Positions 36,087 through 45,799 are shown, counted from the stretch's first letter. The stretch is 64,000 bases of DNA from an uncultured Desulfarculales bacterium (GCA_964569795.1 CAZMVB010000001.1:131233-195232); one strand, 5' to 3'. Notes: a model not told the origin generated them from the letters alone. A program made the numbers and translations.

Positions 36087-37208
36087 CTATTTTTCTGCAG
36101 CATGCGGCTGATAAGTACACAACGGCTCGGGCGCAAGATAGTCACCCGTGGCCTCGAAGGCCCGGGCCCGGCAGCCGCCGCAGACCTTGACATACTCGCA
36201 TTGGCCGCATTTTCCGCTCAGATTGGAATAATCCCTCAGCTTCAAAAAGATCGGCGATGTCCGCCAGATCTCGTCAAATTTTTTGTCCTTGACCTGGCCG
36301 CAGTCCAGCTCTAGATAACCGCAGGGCTGGACCTGACCCGTGTGGGACAACAAGGCGAAGCCCACCCCGCCCAGGCAGCCCCGGGTCATGGCTGACAGAC
36401 CGTGGGTCTGGGGCGTGATCGTTATGCCGTCAGCCCGGGCCCGCTGGCGCAGGACGCGGTAGAAGTGCGGGGCGCAGGTGGCCTTGAAGTCGATGTCGGT
36501 CCGGACGTCATAGAACCAGTTCAGGACCCGCTCGTACTCGGCCGCGTCCAGGGTCGCCAGGTCCCGGCCCCGGCCGGTGGGCACCAGCAAAAAGGCATGC
36601 CAGGCCGCGGCCCCCAGGTCCCGGGTTTTTTCCAGGATCTGTTCGAGCTGATGGACGTTGCGCTCGGTGATGGTGGTGTTGACCTGGAACTCGACGCCGG
36701 CCTCCCGCAGAATTTTCAGCCCGGCCGTGGAGGCGGCAAAGGCCCCGGGCTGCCTCCGGAACTCATCGTGCGAGGCCGCGTCCGGCCCGTCCAGGCTGAC
36801 CGAGACGCGTTTTATGCCCGCGTCTTTGATCTCGGCGGCCAGGTCCGGCGTGATCAAGACCCCGTTGGTGGCCATGACCATGCGCAGACCCAGCGAGTCT
36901 CCATAGCGGGCCAGCTCGGCCCAGTCCGGCCGCAAGAGCGGCTCGCCGCCGGTCAGGATGATCACGCTCTGATCGCCCAGCGAGGCGACCGACTCCAGGA
37001 CCTCCTTGCCCTGGTCAATGGTCAACTCGTCCGCATAGACCTGATTTTCGGATCCCGCCCGGCAGTGAACGCAAGAGAGGTTGCAACGCCTGGTGATTTC
37101 CCAGGCCAGCAACCTAAGTGGCGGAGCACTCGATGGTTGGCTTGAATCGTGGGGGCCAGCCGTACGGTGACGTCCCGTTATTAAATTATTCCCGCCCGGA
37201 TGACCCAT
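36087..37208 (-). CDS. radical SAM/SPASM enzyme of the alternative heme pathway (AhbC or AhbD type)
   Basis: RRCNLSCVHC radical-SAM cluster motif and a C-terminal CGQCEYVKVCGGC SPASM-like motif. Flanked by ahbA/B-like and hemB genes. Confidence 0.8.
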   Translation of the reverse strand: MGHPGGNNLITGRHRTAGPHDSSQPSSAPPLRLLAWEITRRCNLSCVHCRAGSENQVYADELTIDQGKEVLESVASLGDQSVIILTGGEPLLRPDWAELARYGDSLGLRMVMATNGVLITPDLAAEIKDAGIKRVSVSLDGPDAASHDEFRRQPGAFAASTAGLKILREAGVEFQVNTTITERNVHQLEQILEKTRDLGAAAWHAFLLVPTGRGRDLATLDAAEYERVLNWFYDVRTDIDFKATCAPHFYRVLRQRARADGITITPQTHGLSAMTRGCLGGVGFALLSHTGQVQPCGYLELDCGQVKDKKFDEIWRTSPIFLKLRDYSNLSGKCGQCEYVKVCGGCRARAFEATGDYLAPEPLCTYQPHAAEK

Positions 37209-38185
37209 CAGCCACCCAGTTTACGGGCCACGTCTTTGGCATGATACGTTAAAATGACGTCCGCCCCGGCCCGCTTGATGCCCCCTAAAATCTCGGAGAC
37301 GACCTTGTCCTCGTCGATCCAGCCTTGCTGGGCCGCGGCCTTGACCATGGCGTACTCGCCCGAAACGTTGTAGGCGGCCAGGGGCAGATCAAAGGTTTCG
37401 GCCACGGCCCGGATGACGTCCATGAAGGCCATGGCCGGCTTGACCATGATCATGTCCGCGCCCTCGGCCACGTCCAGCTCGCACTCGCGGATGGCCTCGC
37501 GGATATTGGCCGGGTCCATCTGGTAGGATCTGCGGTCGCCGAAGGCCGGGGCGCTGTCAGCGGCCTCGCGGAAGGGGCCGTAAAAGCCGGAGGCGTACTT
37601 GGCGGCGTAGCTCATGATGATCACGTCCTCGAAACCGTTTTCGTCCAGGGCCTCCCGAATGGCCCCCACCCGGCCGTCCATCATGTCCGAGGGCCCGACC
37701 ACGTCCACGCCGGCCCGGGCCTGGGCCAGGGCCATCTCGGCCAAAAGCTCGAGGGTGGCGTCGTTGTCCACGTTCTGACCCTTGAGCACCCCGCAGTGGC
37801 CGTGGTCGGTGTACTCGCACAGGCAGACGTCGCCCATGACCACCAGGTCCGGCGTCTTGTCCTTGATGGCCTTGATCGCCCGCTGGATCACGCCGTCCGG
37901 GTCATAGGCCTGTTTGCCCAAGGGGTCCTTGACATCGGGCACGCCGAACAGGATCACCGCCGGCACCCCGAGGGCAAAGGTCTCGGCCGCCTCCTGGGCG
38001 ACCAGATCCACGGACCAGTGGAACTGGCCGGGCAGGGACCCGATGGGCTGTTTCACCCCCGTGCCCTCGACCACGAACAGGGGCTGGATCAGGTCGTCGG
38101 GAGTGAGGTTCGTCTCCCGGACCATCCGGCGCAGGGTCTCGGTCCGGCGCCACCGTCTCATTCTGACTTCTGGAAAGATGCTCAT
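37208..38185 (-). CDS. hemB: porphobilinogen synthase (ALA dehydratase)
   Basis: 325 aa after trimming to [28 protein letters not shown] zinc site and the MVKPA active-site Lys block. Confidence 0.9.
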   Translation of the reverse strand: MSIFPEVRMRRWRRTETLRRMVRETNLTPDDLIQPLFVVEGTGVKQPIGSLPGQFHWSVDLVAQEAAETFALGVPAVILFGVPDVKDPLGKQAYDPDGVIQRAIKAIKDKTPDLVVMGDVCLCEYTDHGHCGVLKGQNVDNDATLELLAEMALAQARAGVDVVGPSDMMDGRVGAIREALDENGFEDVIIMSYAAKYASGFYGPFREAADSAPAFGDRRSYQMDPANIREAIRECELDVAEGADMIMVKPAMAFMDVIRAVAETFDLPLAAYNVSGEYAMVKAAAQQGWIDEDKVVSEILGGIKRAGADVILTYHAKDVARKLGG

Positions 38186-38886
38186 CGTTTCCCCTGGGCC
38201 CGAAGATGTTGGTTGATGAAGTCGGCCACCTCGTCCGCCCCCTGGAACACGCCGAAGTGCCCCTCGGCCAGGACGTCGGCCCGGAGGTCCAGGAGGCGGT
38301 GCATGGAGGCGGCCCACTGGTCCACGTCCGAGTCGAAATCGGCCATGAACGGCCCGTGGATATCCTGGCCGAAGAGGACCCGGCGGCCGTCGCGGTCCAG
38401 CCAGGCGGACAGGGACCCCGGGGTGTGCCCCGGGGTGTGGATGATGATTAAAACCTCGCCGCCGGCCTCGTCCAGGGGCAGATCGTATTGGTCCCCGTCC
38501 ACGACCACGTCCAGGGTCAGCTGGGGCAGGTGGGTGCCGTACCACGAGGCCCCGGTCAGGCGTGAATCGCCGGTCTGGATGGCCGCGGCGTCATTGGTGT
38601 GGGCCAGGAGCTTCGCCCCCAGTTGGTCGCGCAACTGCTTGGCCCCGCCGATGTGGTCCACGTGGCCGTGGGTCAGGACGATGGTCGCCACCTGGTCGGG
38701 CTCGAGGCCGGCGGCCTGGATGTTCCGAAAAATCCGGTCCTCGGAGCCGCCGCAGCCGGCGTCGATCAGGACCGAGCGGTCCCCGGCCGCGATCAGGTAG
38801 CACAGGCAGTCGGCCGGATCGGTCAGGCCCCCGCCGGCCACCAGGTGGACGCCCCGCCAAAATTCCTGGGGGCCGCGCCCGGGCAT
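38182..38886 (-). CDS. MBL-fold metallo-hydrolase
   Basis: [10 protein letters not shown] (HxHxDH) and HTPGHTPGS motifs. Start trimmed to MPGRGPQ. Overlaps the prfA stop and the hemB start. Confidence 0.75.
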   Translation of the reverse strand: MPGRGPQEFWRGVHLVAGGGLTDPADCLCYLIAAGDRSVLIDAGCGGSEDRIFRNIQAAGLEPDQVATIVLTHGHVDHIGGAKQLRDQLGAKLLAHTNDAAAIQTGDSRLTGASWYGTHLPQLTLDVVVDGDQYDLPLDEAGGEVLIIIHTPGHTPGSLSAWLDRDGRRVLFGQDIHGPFMADFDSDVDQWAASMHRLLDLRADVLAEGHFGVFQGADEVADFINQHLRAQGKR

Positions 38887-39968
38887 CACAGGCCGCCGCT
38901 CTCCAGGGCCCGGGCCTGGAAGGTGGTGATCAGCGGCTCGATGATCTGGTCGCCCAGTTCGCCCTCCATGATCCGGTCCAGGGCGTAAACGGTCAGGTTG
39001 ATGCGGTGATCGGTGACCCGGTTCTGGGGGTAGTTGTAGGTCCGGATCCGCTCGGAGCGGTCCCCGGAGCCGACCTGGGCCCGGCGCTCGGCGGCGATCT
39101 CCTGGTCCTGGGCCGACCGCATCTTGTCCCACAACCGGGCCCGGAGGACCTTCATCGCCTTGGCCTTGTTCTTGTGCTGGGATTTCTCGTCCTGGCAGGT
39201 GACCACGGTGTTGGTCGGCAGGTGGGTGATCCGGACGGCCGACTCGGTCTTGTTGACGTGCTGGCCGCCCGGTCCCGAGGACCGGAAGACGTCTATCCGC
39301 AGGTCATCGGGCTTGATGTCCAGTTCGACCTCCTCGGCCTCGGGCAGGACGGCCACGGTCACGGCCGAGGTGTGGACCCGTCCCTGGGACTCGGTCACAG
39401 GCACCCGCTGGACCCGGTGCACCCCGGATTCGTACTTGAGGCGGGAATAGACCCCGTCACCGCTGATCGAGGCGATGACCTCCTTGAAGCCGCCCAGATC
39501 GGACTCCGAGGCGGACATGAACTCAACCTTCCACCGCTGCAGTTCGGCGTACCGGCTGTACATCCGGAACAGTTCGCCGGCGAACAGGGCCGCCTCCTCG
39601 CCGCCGGTCCCGGCCCGGATCTCGAGAATGACGTCCTTGTCGTCGTTGGGGTCCCGGGGCAGGAGCAGGAGCTTCAACTGGTGGGTCAGGTCCTCGAGCT
39701 CGCCCTCCAGGGACTCGACCTCGGCCCGGGCCAGGGCCCGCATCTCGGGGTCCGGGTCGCCCAGCAGTTCCCGGCCCTCGGCCAGGCCGTCCTGGACCTT
39801 CTTGTAGCGCCGGAAGGTCTCGACGACCTTGCTCAGTTCGGCGTGCTCCCGGGTCACCCGGCGATAGTTGTCCCGGTCGCCGATGACGCCCGGGTCGGAC
39901 AGCTCGGTCTCTAGTTCGACAAAGCGCCTCTCGACGCCTTCGAGTTTGGCGATCATCGATTCGGGCAT
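38886..39968 (-). CDS. prfA: peptide chain release factor 1
   Basis: PVT tripeptide ([14 protein letters not shown]) and the GGQ motif ([12 protein letters not shown]). Confidence 0.92.
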   Translation of the reverse strand: MPESMIAKLEGVERRFVELETELSDPGVIGDRDNYRRVTREHAELSKVVETFRRYKKVQDGLAEGRELLGDPDPEMRALARAEVESLEGELEDLTHQLKLLLLPRDPNDDKDVILEIRAGTGGEEAALFAGELFRMYSRYAELQRWKVEFMSASESDLGGFKEVIASISGDGVYSRLKYESGVHRVQRVPVTESQGRVHTSAVTVAVLPEAEEVELDIKPDDLRIDVFRSSGPGGQHVNKTESAVRITHLPTNTVVTCQDEKSQHKNKAKAMKVLRARLWDKMRSAQDQEIAAERRAQVGSGDRSERIRTYNYPQNRVTDHRINLTVYALDRIMEGELGDQIIEPLITTFQARALESGGL

Positions 39969-39983
39969 CGATGCTCCGAAAAG

Positions 39984-40940
39984 TTACAGGGGTTGGGGCT
40001 CTTGGTCGTCGTCGAGGGTCGATTTGAGGGCGACCAGGGCCACCTCGATCATCTCGTCGGTCGGCTCCCGGGTGGTCAGCCGCTGCATCACCAGGCCGGG
40101 GCAGACCACGGCCTTGACCAGGGGATTGTTCAGGTGCCGGCCCGACAGCCGGATCAGTTCGTAGGCCAGCCCGGCGATGGGGATCATCAGGACGATCTTG
40201 AGGAGGATGTAGAACCCCTGGGTCCACACCACCCCCTCCCGGGCAAAGGGCTTGGGCAGCAGGGGGAACACCGCCGCGAACAGAAAGATGCTGATCAGCA
40301 GGACGAACAGGATGAAGGCCGTGCCGCACCGGGGATGGAGCCGGGAGAAGGGCCGGACATTATCCACGGTCAGTTCCCGGCCGGCCTCCTGGGCGTGGAC
40401 GCACTTGTGCTCGGCGCCGTGGTACATGAACACCCGCCTGATGTCCCGCATCAGGGAGATGATCCAGATGTAGGCCACGAAAAAGACGACCTTGATCAGA
40501 CCGTCGATCAGATGGAACCAAGCCGATTTGACCGTCAGGTGGCTGTGGGACATCTTGCCCAGGATCAAGGTCAGGACGTGGGGCAAGACCAGGAACAGGG
40601 CCACGGCCAGGCCCACGGCCGAGATCATGGTCAGGGCCATGGCCCAGGGGGACAGGCCTTTCTCCTCCTTGGACTCGTCTTCCAGGGCCTGGTTGGCCGA
40701 GTAGGACAGGGCCCGCATGCCGTTGACCACGGCCTCGACCAGAAAGACCGGTCCGCGGACCACGGGCCATTTCAGCCAGGGGAAACGGTCGGTCAGGGTC
40801 CGCCACCTGTCCCGGCGGACGACGACCTGGCCCGATGGTTTGCGGACGGCCACGGAACAGACCGATTGGCGGCGCATCATCACGCCCTCGATGACCGCCT
40901 GGCCCCCGATCAATTCGCCGTGGTTATGGATCGTCGCCAA
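39984..40940 (-). CDS. DUF1385-family membrane protein (YqhQ-like)
   Basis: GGQAVIEGVMMR N-terminus plus TM helices. It has the classic position between rpmE and prfA. Confidence 0.75.
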   Translation of the reverse strand: MATIHNHGELIGGQAVIEGVMMRRQSVCSVAVRKPSGQVVVRRDRWRTLTDRFPWLKWPVVRGPVFLVEAVVNGMRALSYSANQALEDESKEEKGLSPWAMALTMISAVGLAVALFLVLPHVLTLILGKMSHSHLTVKSAWFHLIDGLIKVVFFVAYIWIISLMRDIRRVFMYHGAEHKCVHAQEAGRELTVDNVRPFSRLHPRCGTAFILFVLLISIFLFAAVFPLLPKPFAREGVVWTQGFYILLKIVLMIPIAGLAYELIRLSGRHLNNPLVKAVVCPGLVMQRLTTREPTDEMIEVALVALKSTLDDDQEPQPL

Positions 40941-41018
40941 ACCTCAGGCCTCGCCTTTTGACCTTCCCCGGCCGGGCCGGGTCCATCCTTTCCGCGCCGC
41001 GACCCCGGGACGGCCCGA

Positions 41019-41267
41019 TCAGGCCCCGGTACCCTGGGATTTCTTGCCCTTCTTGTCCCGGTCGGCCATGTAATCGCCGTACTTGCGGCGGAAGCGCTCG
41101 ACCCGGCCGGCGGTGTCCACCAGCTTCTGCTTGCCGGTGAAGAAGGGGTGGCACTGGGAACAGATCTCGACCTTGATTTCCTTGCGGGTCGATCCGGTCT
41201 CAAAGGTGTTCCCGCAGGCGCAGGTCACCGTGGCCCGGTGGTATTCGGGGTGAATGTCCTTTCTCAT
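41019..41267 (-). CDS. rpmE: 50S ribosomal protein L31
   Basis: [10 protein letters not shown]...CACG...[13 protein letters not shown]. Start trimmed from the track ORF. Confidence 0.9.
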   Translation of the reverse strand: MRKDIHPEYHRATVTCACGNTFETGSTRKEIKVEICSQCHPFFTGKQKLVDTAGRVERFRRKYGDYMADRDKKGKKSQGTGA

Positions 41268-41297
41268 ATCCTCGATCCTCCGAATTGGCAAACACCA

Positions 41298-41325
41298 AGT
41301 ATAGCCACCTGGCGCCCGATTGCAA
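41298..41325 (-). promoter_or_regulatory. sigma70-type promoter TTGCAA-16-TATACT for rpmE
   Basis: The reverse complement of 41298-41303 is TATACT. TTGCAA lies at 41320-41325. Confidence 0.45.
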
Positions 41326-41411
41326 GCAAAAATCAGTGGTCAGCGCCCGACCTGGCCGTACCGGGTCCTTCCCGATACAATATAATATAAGCATCGAATC
41401 AGGGGAAGCCA

Positions 41412-42260
41412 GTGGGTATTCTGGATGAAGCGGCGGCGATCGTCGCCCGGGGACTCGAGATCGACCGGCTGACGGTGGAAAAGGTGGTGGTCGGGCTCTT
41501 TTTCACCGGGGTCAAGCTGAGCCACGGCGAGGGCGGGGTGTGCTTCACCCCGGTCAAGGACATCCCGACCGCGGTCTGCTGCCCCAGCAGCGCCGGCCGG
41601 ACCTTTGATCCGGTCCGGGTCAAGGGACTGCCGGTCACCGACGTCTTGGCCGGCCTGAACTCGGTCGAGCCGATCAAGACCGCGGTGGCCATCGCCACTT
41701 TGGCGGCCCTGAGCGCCGCCTGCTGGGAGCGGGGCATCAAGGGGGATTACGAGATCCAGCATTGCCGGGACGCCCAGGACGCGGTGGCCATGCCCCCCGA
41801 GAAATCGGTGGCCGTCATCGGGGCCTTCGTGCCAGTCCTGCGGCGCCTCAAGGCCCGGGGGACAGGCGCGCCCTGGTGGGTCATCGAGCAGGACCCGGCC
41901 ACCCTCAAGGGCGACGAGCTGGACCACTACGTCCCGGCGGCCGAATCCGGGGAGGTCATCTCCCGGGCCGACGTCCTGATCATCACCGGGGTGACCCTGA
42001 TCAATCACACCCTGGAGGGCATCCTGGAGCAGGCCAAAGACGACGCGGACATCGCGGTCATGGGCCCCACGGCCGGGATCGTGCCCGAGCCCCTGTTCGA
42101 CCGCGGGGTCCGGGTGGTGGGCGGGGTCTGGGTGCGCCGGCCCGACGAATTGATGGACGTCCTGGCCGCCGGCGGCTCGGGCTATCACTTTTTCGATGAC
42201 CTGGCGGAGAGAATCGTCATCGAACGCAAAGTCGATGCCCAAAGTCGACAGCTCCGCTGA
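41412..42260 (+). CDS. DUF4213/DUF364-family protein (putative Rossmann-like chelatase domain)
   Basis: VAVIGAFVP...ADVLIITGVTLINHTLEGIL...VMGPTAGIVPEPLF..GV fits the DUF364 pattern as I recall it. GTG start. Confidence 0.65.
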   Translation: MGILDEAAAIVARGLEIDRLTVEKVVVGLFFTGVKLSHGEGGVCFTPVKDIPTAVCCPSSAGRTFDPVRVKGLPVTDVLAGLNSVEPIKTAVAIATLAALSAACWERGIKGDYEIQHCRDAQDAVAMPPEKSVAVIGAFVPVLRRLKARGTGAPWWVIEQDPATLKGDELDHYVPAAESGEVISRADVLIITGVTLINHTLEGILEQAKDDADIAVMGPTAGIVPEPLFDRGVRVVGGVWVRRPDELMDVLAAGGSGYHFFDDLAERIVIERKVDAQSRQLR

Positions 42261-42530
42261 CCGGTCAGCCTGAATCGACATGGCAGTCACTTCGTATTCG
42301 TCCCGTTAATAAAAATTGAAAGCCAAAGTCGATAGCTACGCTGACCGGTCAGCCTGAACCGACATGGCGGCCACTTCGTATTCGTCCCGTTGATAAAAAT
42401 TGAAAGCCAAAGTCGACAGCTACGCTGACCGGTCGGCCTGAATCGACATGGCAGTCACTTCGTATTCGTCCCGTTGATAAAAATTGGAAGCCAAAGTCAA
42501 TAGCTACGCTGACCGGTCGGCCTGAATCGA
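42239..42530. repeat. 84-bp tandem repeat, 3 full copies plus a 40-bp partial fourth
   Basis: Copies start at 42239, 42323, 42407 and 42491 (period exactly 84). Each has only a few substitutions. Each contains the perfect palindrome CTGACCGGTCAG (or the G-variant) nested in a GTCGA...TCGAC inverted repeat. Confidence 0.9.
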
Positions 42531-42621
42531 GGCGCCGGCCAGTGTGGTTTTGTCCTATTATTTTAAAAACGAAAGGCCCGACGCATCGGTCGGGCCGTGG
42601 TTCAAACCTTGGTCGGTGTAT

Positions 42622-43119
42622 TTATTTCATGTATTGGCGGTGGGTGATGCTGACCCGCCCCCAGACCGTGCCCAGGAGCTTGATGGTGATCGGTCCCTTT
42701 TTCCAGATGGAGGTCCCCACGGTGGGGTAACCGAACTTTTTGGTCAGGGCCTGGGCCGCCTTGACGCCGTTGCAGTCGCGGCACAAGAGGTCCACGCTGG
42801 CCAGTCGGTGGTCGTTGTTGAAGTTGTAGGTGGCCATCCAGTGATAGCCCAGCCAGACCTGGTCGCCCTCGCCGGTGCCGTAACTCCGCCCGGTCGAGCC
42901 GGCCGGGACGTGGTACCGGATATAGTGCTTCTTGAACTGGACCGCGGACGTACCCCAGGCCAGGCCGCACCAGCCCTGAACGATTGGGGTCTTGTTCACC
43001 TCCATCCGTCCCCCGGGCGCCGGGATCTCCAGCATGGGCTTGCCCTCATCGCAGGCCATCAGTCCCAGCACCAACGCCGCCGCCACCGCCACCGCCAAAC
43101 CAATCCTGGTGATCCTCAT
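42622..43119 (-). CDS. lipoprotein, unknown function
   Basis: Start at MRITRIGLAVAVAAALVLGLMAC (lipobox), preceded by GAGGAGG. Confidence 0.6.
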   Translation of the reverse strand: MRITRIGLAVAVAAALVLGLMACDEGKPMLEIPAPGGRMEVNKTPIVQGWCGLAWGTSAVQFKKHYIRYHVPAGSTGRSYGTGEGDQVWLGYHWMATYNFNNDHRLASVDLLCRDCNGVKAAQALTKKFGYPTVGTSIWKKGPITIKLLGTVWGRVSITHRQYMK

Positions 43120-43341
43120 CAGTGCCTCCTCGAGTCGGCCCGTCACCTCGTCCCCCTGAGGCCACGGCGACCCGTCTCCGCGCGTTCAAGACTCCGGTCA
43201 GACCCTACCAAGCTAGCACAGGCGGCCGTCAAAAGCCAGTCCCGGCCGAACTGGTTGCAGGGACGGTGTGGCGGACGGGAAGGGGTAAGTCTCCGGCCAT
43301 GGCGCCGGGTTCATAGCCGCCCCGGTCCACCTTTTTTATGA

Positions 43342-43402
43342 CCAACCCCGGCGCGCCCGCCCCCTTTATGGCTGGCGCGGGCGCGCCTCCGAAATGGCTC
43401 GA
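43342..43402. repeat. 61-nt hairpin-containing intergenic repeat, copy 1
   Basis: CCAACCCCGGCGCGCCCGCC...GGCGCGGGCGCGCCTCCGAAATGGCTCGA, with an 11-bp GC stem. 59/61 identical to copy 2. Confidence 0.8.
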
Positions 43403-43587
43403 TTCCTGTCTTCCGGACCAACTAACTCACATAAAAAAAGACCAGTATGTAGATCATCACGTCGATGCTGAAAGAAAACCCCGAATCAAGGACCCGAACC
43501 ACCTCCAAACTCCGCCGGGCGGCCGACCGCCCGGCTATATCAGGCGGGTTGTCGGCCGGCCGCCACGATCCGCCCCTGATCGAGAAG

Positions 43588-43648
43588 CCAACCCCGGCGC
43601 GCCCGCCCGCTCTATGGCTGGCGCGGGCGCGCCTCCGAAATGGCTCGA
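43588..43648. repeat. 61-nt hairpin-containing intergenic repeat, copy 2
   Basis: Direct-orientation copy 246 bp downstream of copy 1. Confidence 0.8.
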
Positions 43649-43675
43649 AATATTTTGTCCGGGCCGATCGGGCGG

Positions 43676-45163
43676 TCAATGAATAAGATCGACCGGTCGG
43701 TCATTACCGGGCAGCAGCCAGGCGAAGCGGCCGGCCTGGGGATCGTCCCGCCGGCCGGACTGTCCGGCCGGCCACTGGGAGCCGGGATAGGCCCAGTCGT
43801 ACTTCTTGTAGGTCCCGGGCTGGAAGTTGCGCATGGTCTCGTATGCCAGCCACTCCTCGTCGTACTGGATCAGCTTCAGGGTGACCGGCAGGTAGGTCTG
43901 CTGGCGGTCGGGCCGCAGGTTCATGCCCGGTTCGAGGTGATCGGGCACGCCGTCGTTGTCGGCGTCGGTGAAGGTCCGGCCCCTTTTCCAGTTGTGATAG
44001 GCCCGCCAGTGGAAGAACTCGTGGATCACGGCCACGCCAAAGGTGTCGATGAAATGGGTCACCCGGAAGCCCTTGAACTTCGGGTTCCAGAAACGGTAGA
44101 TCAGCGGATAACGCAAGGCGAAGGTGGGCCCCAGCTTGGCCAGGTCGCAGATGTGAATCGTCTTGTAGGCATGACCCGGGGTGTACTGGGCCGGGACGTT
44201 GGCGTAGCGGCACAGGTCGAAATTCCGGGCGCCGTACTCGATGCGCACGCGCTGGCCGTAGGGGCGGGCGGCCGGGGTCTGCATCCAGTAGTAGAACCAG
44301 TTGGGATATCGGCGCTGGGGGTTGTTCGAGGCGGTCAGAGGAAAGAAAATCCTGACGGTCCGGGTATCGGAGGCCGGACACCCCCCGGCGTCCACCGAGG
44401 CGGTGATCTTCTTGGGGCCGAAATCCGAGTTGTCCCGGGGCAGGCCCACGTAATGAACCGTCACCTGGGGACCGGTGGCGCTGGCCGGGATGACCGCCTT
44501 CCGGGCGCCCGGGATGTCGGGGATGGTCCACTTGATCTGGTTGTTGTATCTCGACGGGCTGACCCGGGCCGTGAGCTTGAGGGTCAACACCCCGAAAAAG
44601 CTGCGGTCGTAGCAGAAGCGCTGGTTTTGCCGCGGCGAGGTCACGGTCAGCCGGACCGTGCTGCCCGAGCCCCGGATGATGGTTCCCCGGATCACCGGCT
44701 CATAGGGATTGGCCGTGTGGAACTTGAGGCTCATCTGGTTGCCGACGATCCGGCCGATCCAGATGTTGGTCTTGATGAACCCGACCCGGTTGCGCCGGAC
44801 GTCCAGATAGGCCGTGGCCGAGGTGCAGTTGGTGGTCACCCGGTTGCCGCCGACCGTGGCCAGGCAGTCCATGGTCATGCCGTAGCCCAGTTTCACCCGG
44901 TTCCGGGTGGTCAGGGTCATGCGCATCGGCCAGGGGTAGATGATGATCTGACGGAATCTGGTGATCTTCCACTTGCCGCTGTAGCCCGAGCCGCCGGTGA
45001 CCTTGCGGAGGTGGACGATCTCGGTGTAACTGGTCCCCCCCGCCGCGCGGGGATTGGTGCCCGTCAGGATCACGCTGAAGCCCGGGCAGCGGGCGGTGCC
45101 GCTCCAGCCCAGGCTGGGCAGCAACGCCAAAAGCCCGGCCAGCAAGACGATCTTCATCCGCAT
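43676..45163 (-). CDS. exported putative zinc metallopeptidase (HExxH)
   Basis: Signal peptide MRMKIVLLAGLLALL. AVIHEFFHW HExxH motif, followed by a DADNDGVPD calcium-binding-like motif. AGGAG RBS. Confidence 0.6.
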   Translation of the reverse strand: MRMKIVLLAGLLALLPSLGWSGTARCPGFSVILTGTNPRAAGGTSYTEIVHLRKVTGGSGYSGKWKITRFRQIIIYPWPMRMTLTTRNRVKLGYGMTMDCLATVGGNRVTTNCTSATAYLDVRRNRVGFIKTNIWIGRIVGNQMSLKFHTANPYEPVIRGTIIRGSGSTVRLTVTSPRQNQRFCYDRSFFGVLTLKLTARVSPSRYNNQIKWTIPDIPGARKAVIPASATGPQVTVHYVGLPRDNSDFGPKKITASVDAGGCPASDTRTVRIFFPLTASNNPQRRYPNWFYYWMQTPAARPYGQRVRIEYGARNFDLCRYANVPAQYTPGHAYKTIHICDLAKLGPTFALRYPLIYRFWNPKFKGFRVTHFIDTFGVAVIHEFFHWRAYHNWKRGRTFTDADNDGVPDHLEPGMNLRPDRQQTYLPVTLKLIQYDEEWLAYETMRNFQPGTYKKYDWAYPGSQWPAGQSGRRDDPQAGRFAWLLPGNDRPVDLIH

Positions 45164-45291
45164 GAGACCTGCTCCTATCAAATGAACACCAAAGAGCCGA
45201 CTACCTGTGTATCTGATTCTAGCACATGCCGTGTTCGTGTTTCAGCTTGTTGTCCAGCCCAGAGGATGTCCCGGCCAAAGGACGCCAGCGA

Positions 45292-45327
45292 ACAAAAAGG
45301 CGGCCCCGCGGATGATTCGCGGGGCCA
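45292..45327 (-). terminator. rho-independent terminator after 45374-45799
   Basis: Stem GGCCCCGCG/CGCGGGGCC (45302-45310 / 45318-45326), followed on the minus strand by CCTTTTTG. Confidence 0.6.
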
Positions 45328-45373
45328 CCTATGTCAATGGGTCAACCCGGATCGGTCGCGCGACCGGGCCCGG

Positions 45374-45799
45374 CTAAGGCCGTTTCATCGTCGCCTTTTG
45401 CTCGTAATTTTTACGGTTCGATCTGTCCGTAAAGACGTTGTAGATGATCACCCGCAGCAGTTTGTTCTTACCGACATAAATGACCATGGCCACCCGCTTG
45501 AAGCTCTCGCTCCAGGCCGAGATGCCCCAGTACATGACATTGGAGGTGATGCTTTTGCCGCCGATGTCCAGCCGGTGCCACTTCCAGTCACAGGGCCGGG
45601 GGTGACAGGCCCCGAAGCCCCGGGCCATATAGACCGACCCCCGCCTGGCGATCATCAGTTTGACGATGCCCCGGGTCCTAGGATTGACGTTGACCCAGGT
45701 CCCGGTCGGAAAGGCCTGAACCGAGGCCGCGAAGACCAGGACCGCGGCCCCGGCCAGGGCCAGGACCTTTCCCCGACGCCTCCAAATTGGTTTTCTCAT
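45374..45799 (-). CDS. exported hypothetical protein
   Basis: 141 aa. Signal peptide RRRGKVLALAGAAVLVFAASVQA. Confidence 0.55.
   Translation of the reverse strand: MRKPIWRRRGKVLALAGAAVLVFAASVQAFPTGTWVNVNPRTRGIVKLMIARRGSVYMARGFGACHPRPCDWKWHRLDIGGKSITSNVMYWGISAWSESFKRVAMVIYVGKNKLLRVIIYNVFTDRSNRKNYEQKATMKRP

Noticed and set aside
42239-42530. CRISPR interpretation of the 84-bp tandem repeat.
   Set aside because: The whole 84-bp unit is repeated head-to-tail with only a few substitutions. There are no unique spacers and no cas genes in the window. It is kept as a tandem-repeat finding instead.
43338-43682. ORFs 43338-43682 (+) and 43422-43679 (-), which translate to repeated NPGAPA..MAGAGAPPKWL peptides.
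   Set aside because: The apparent protein repeats are just the translation of the two 61-nt hairpin DNA elements. There is no RBS or other coding signature.
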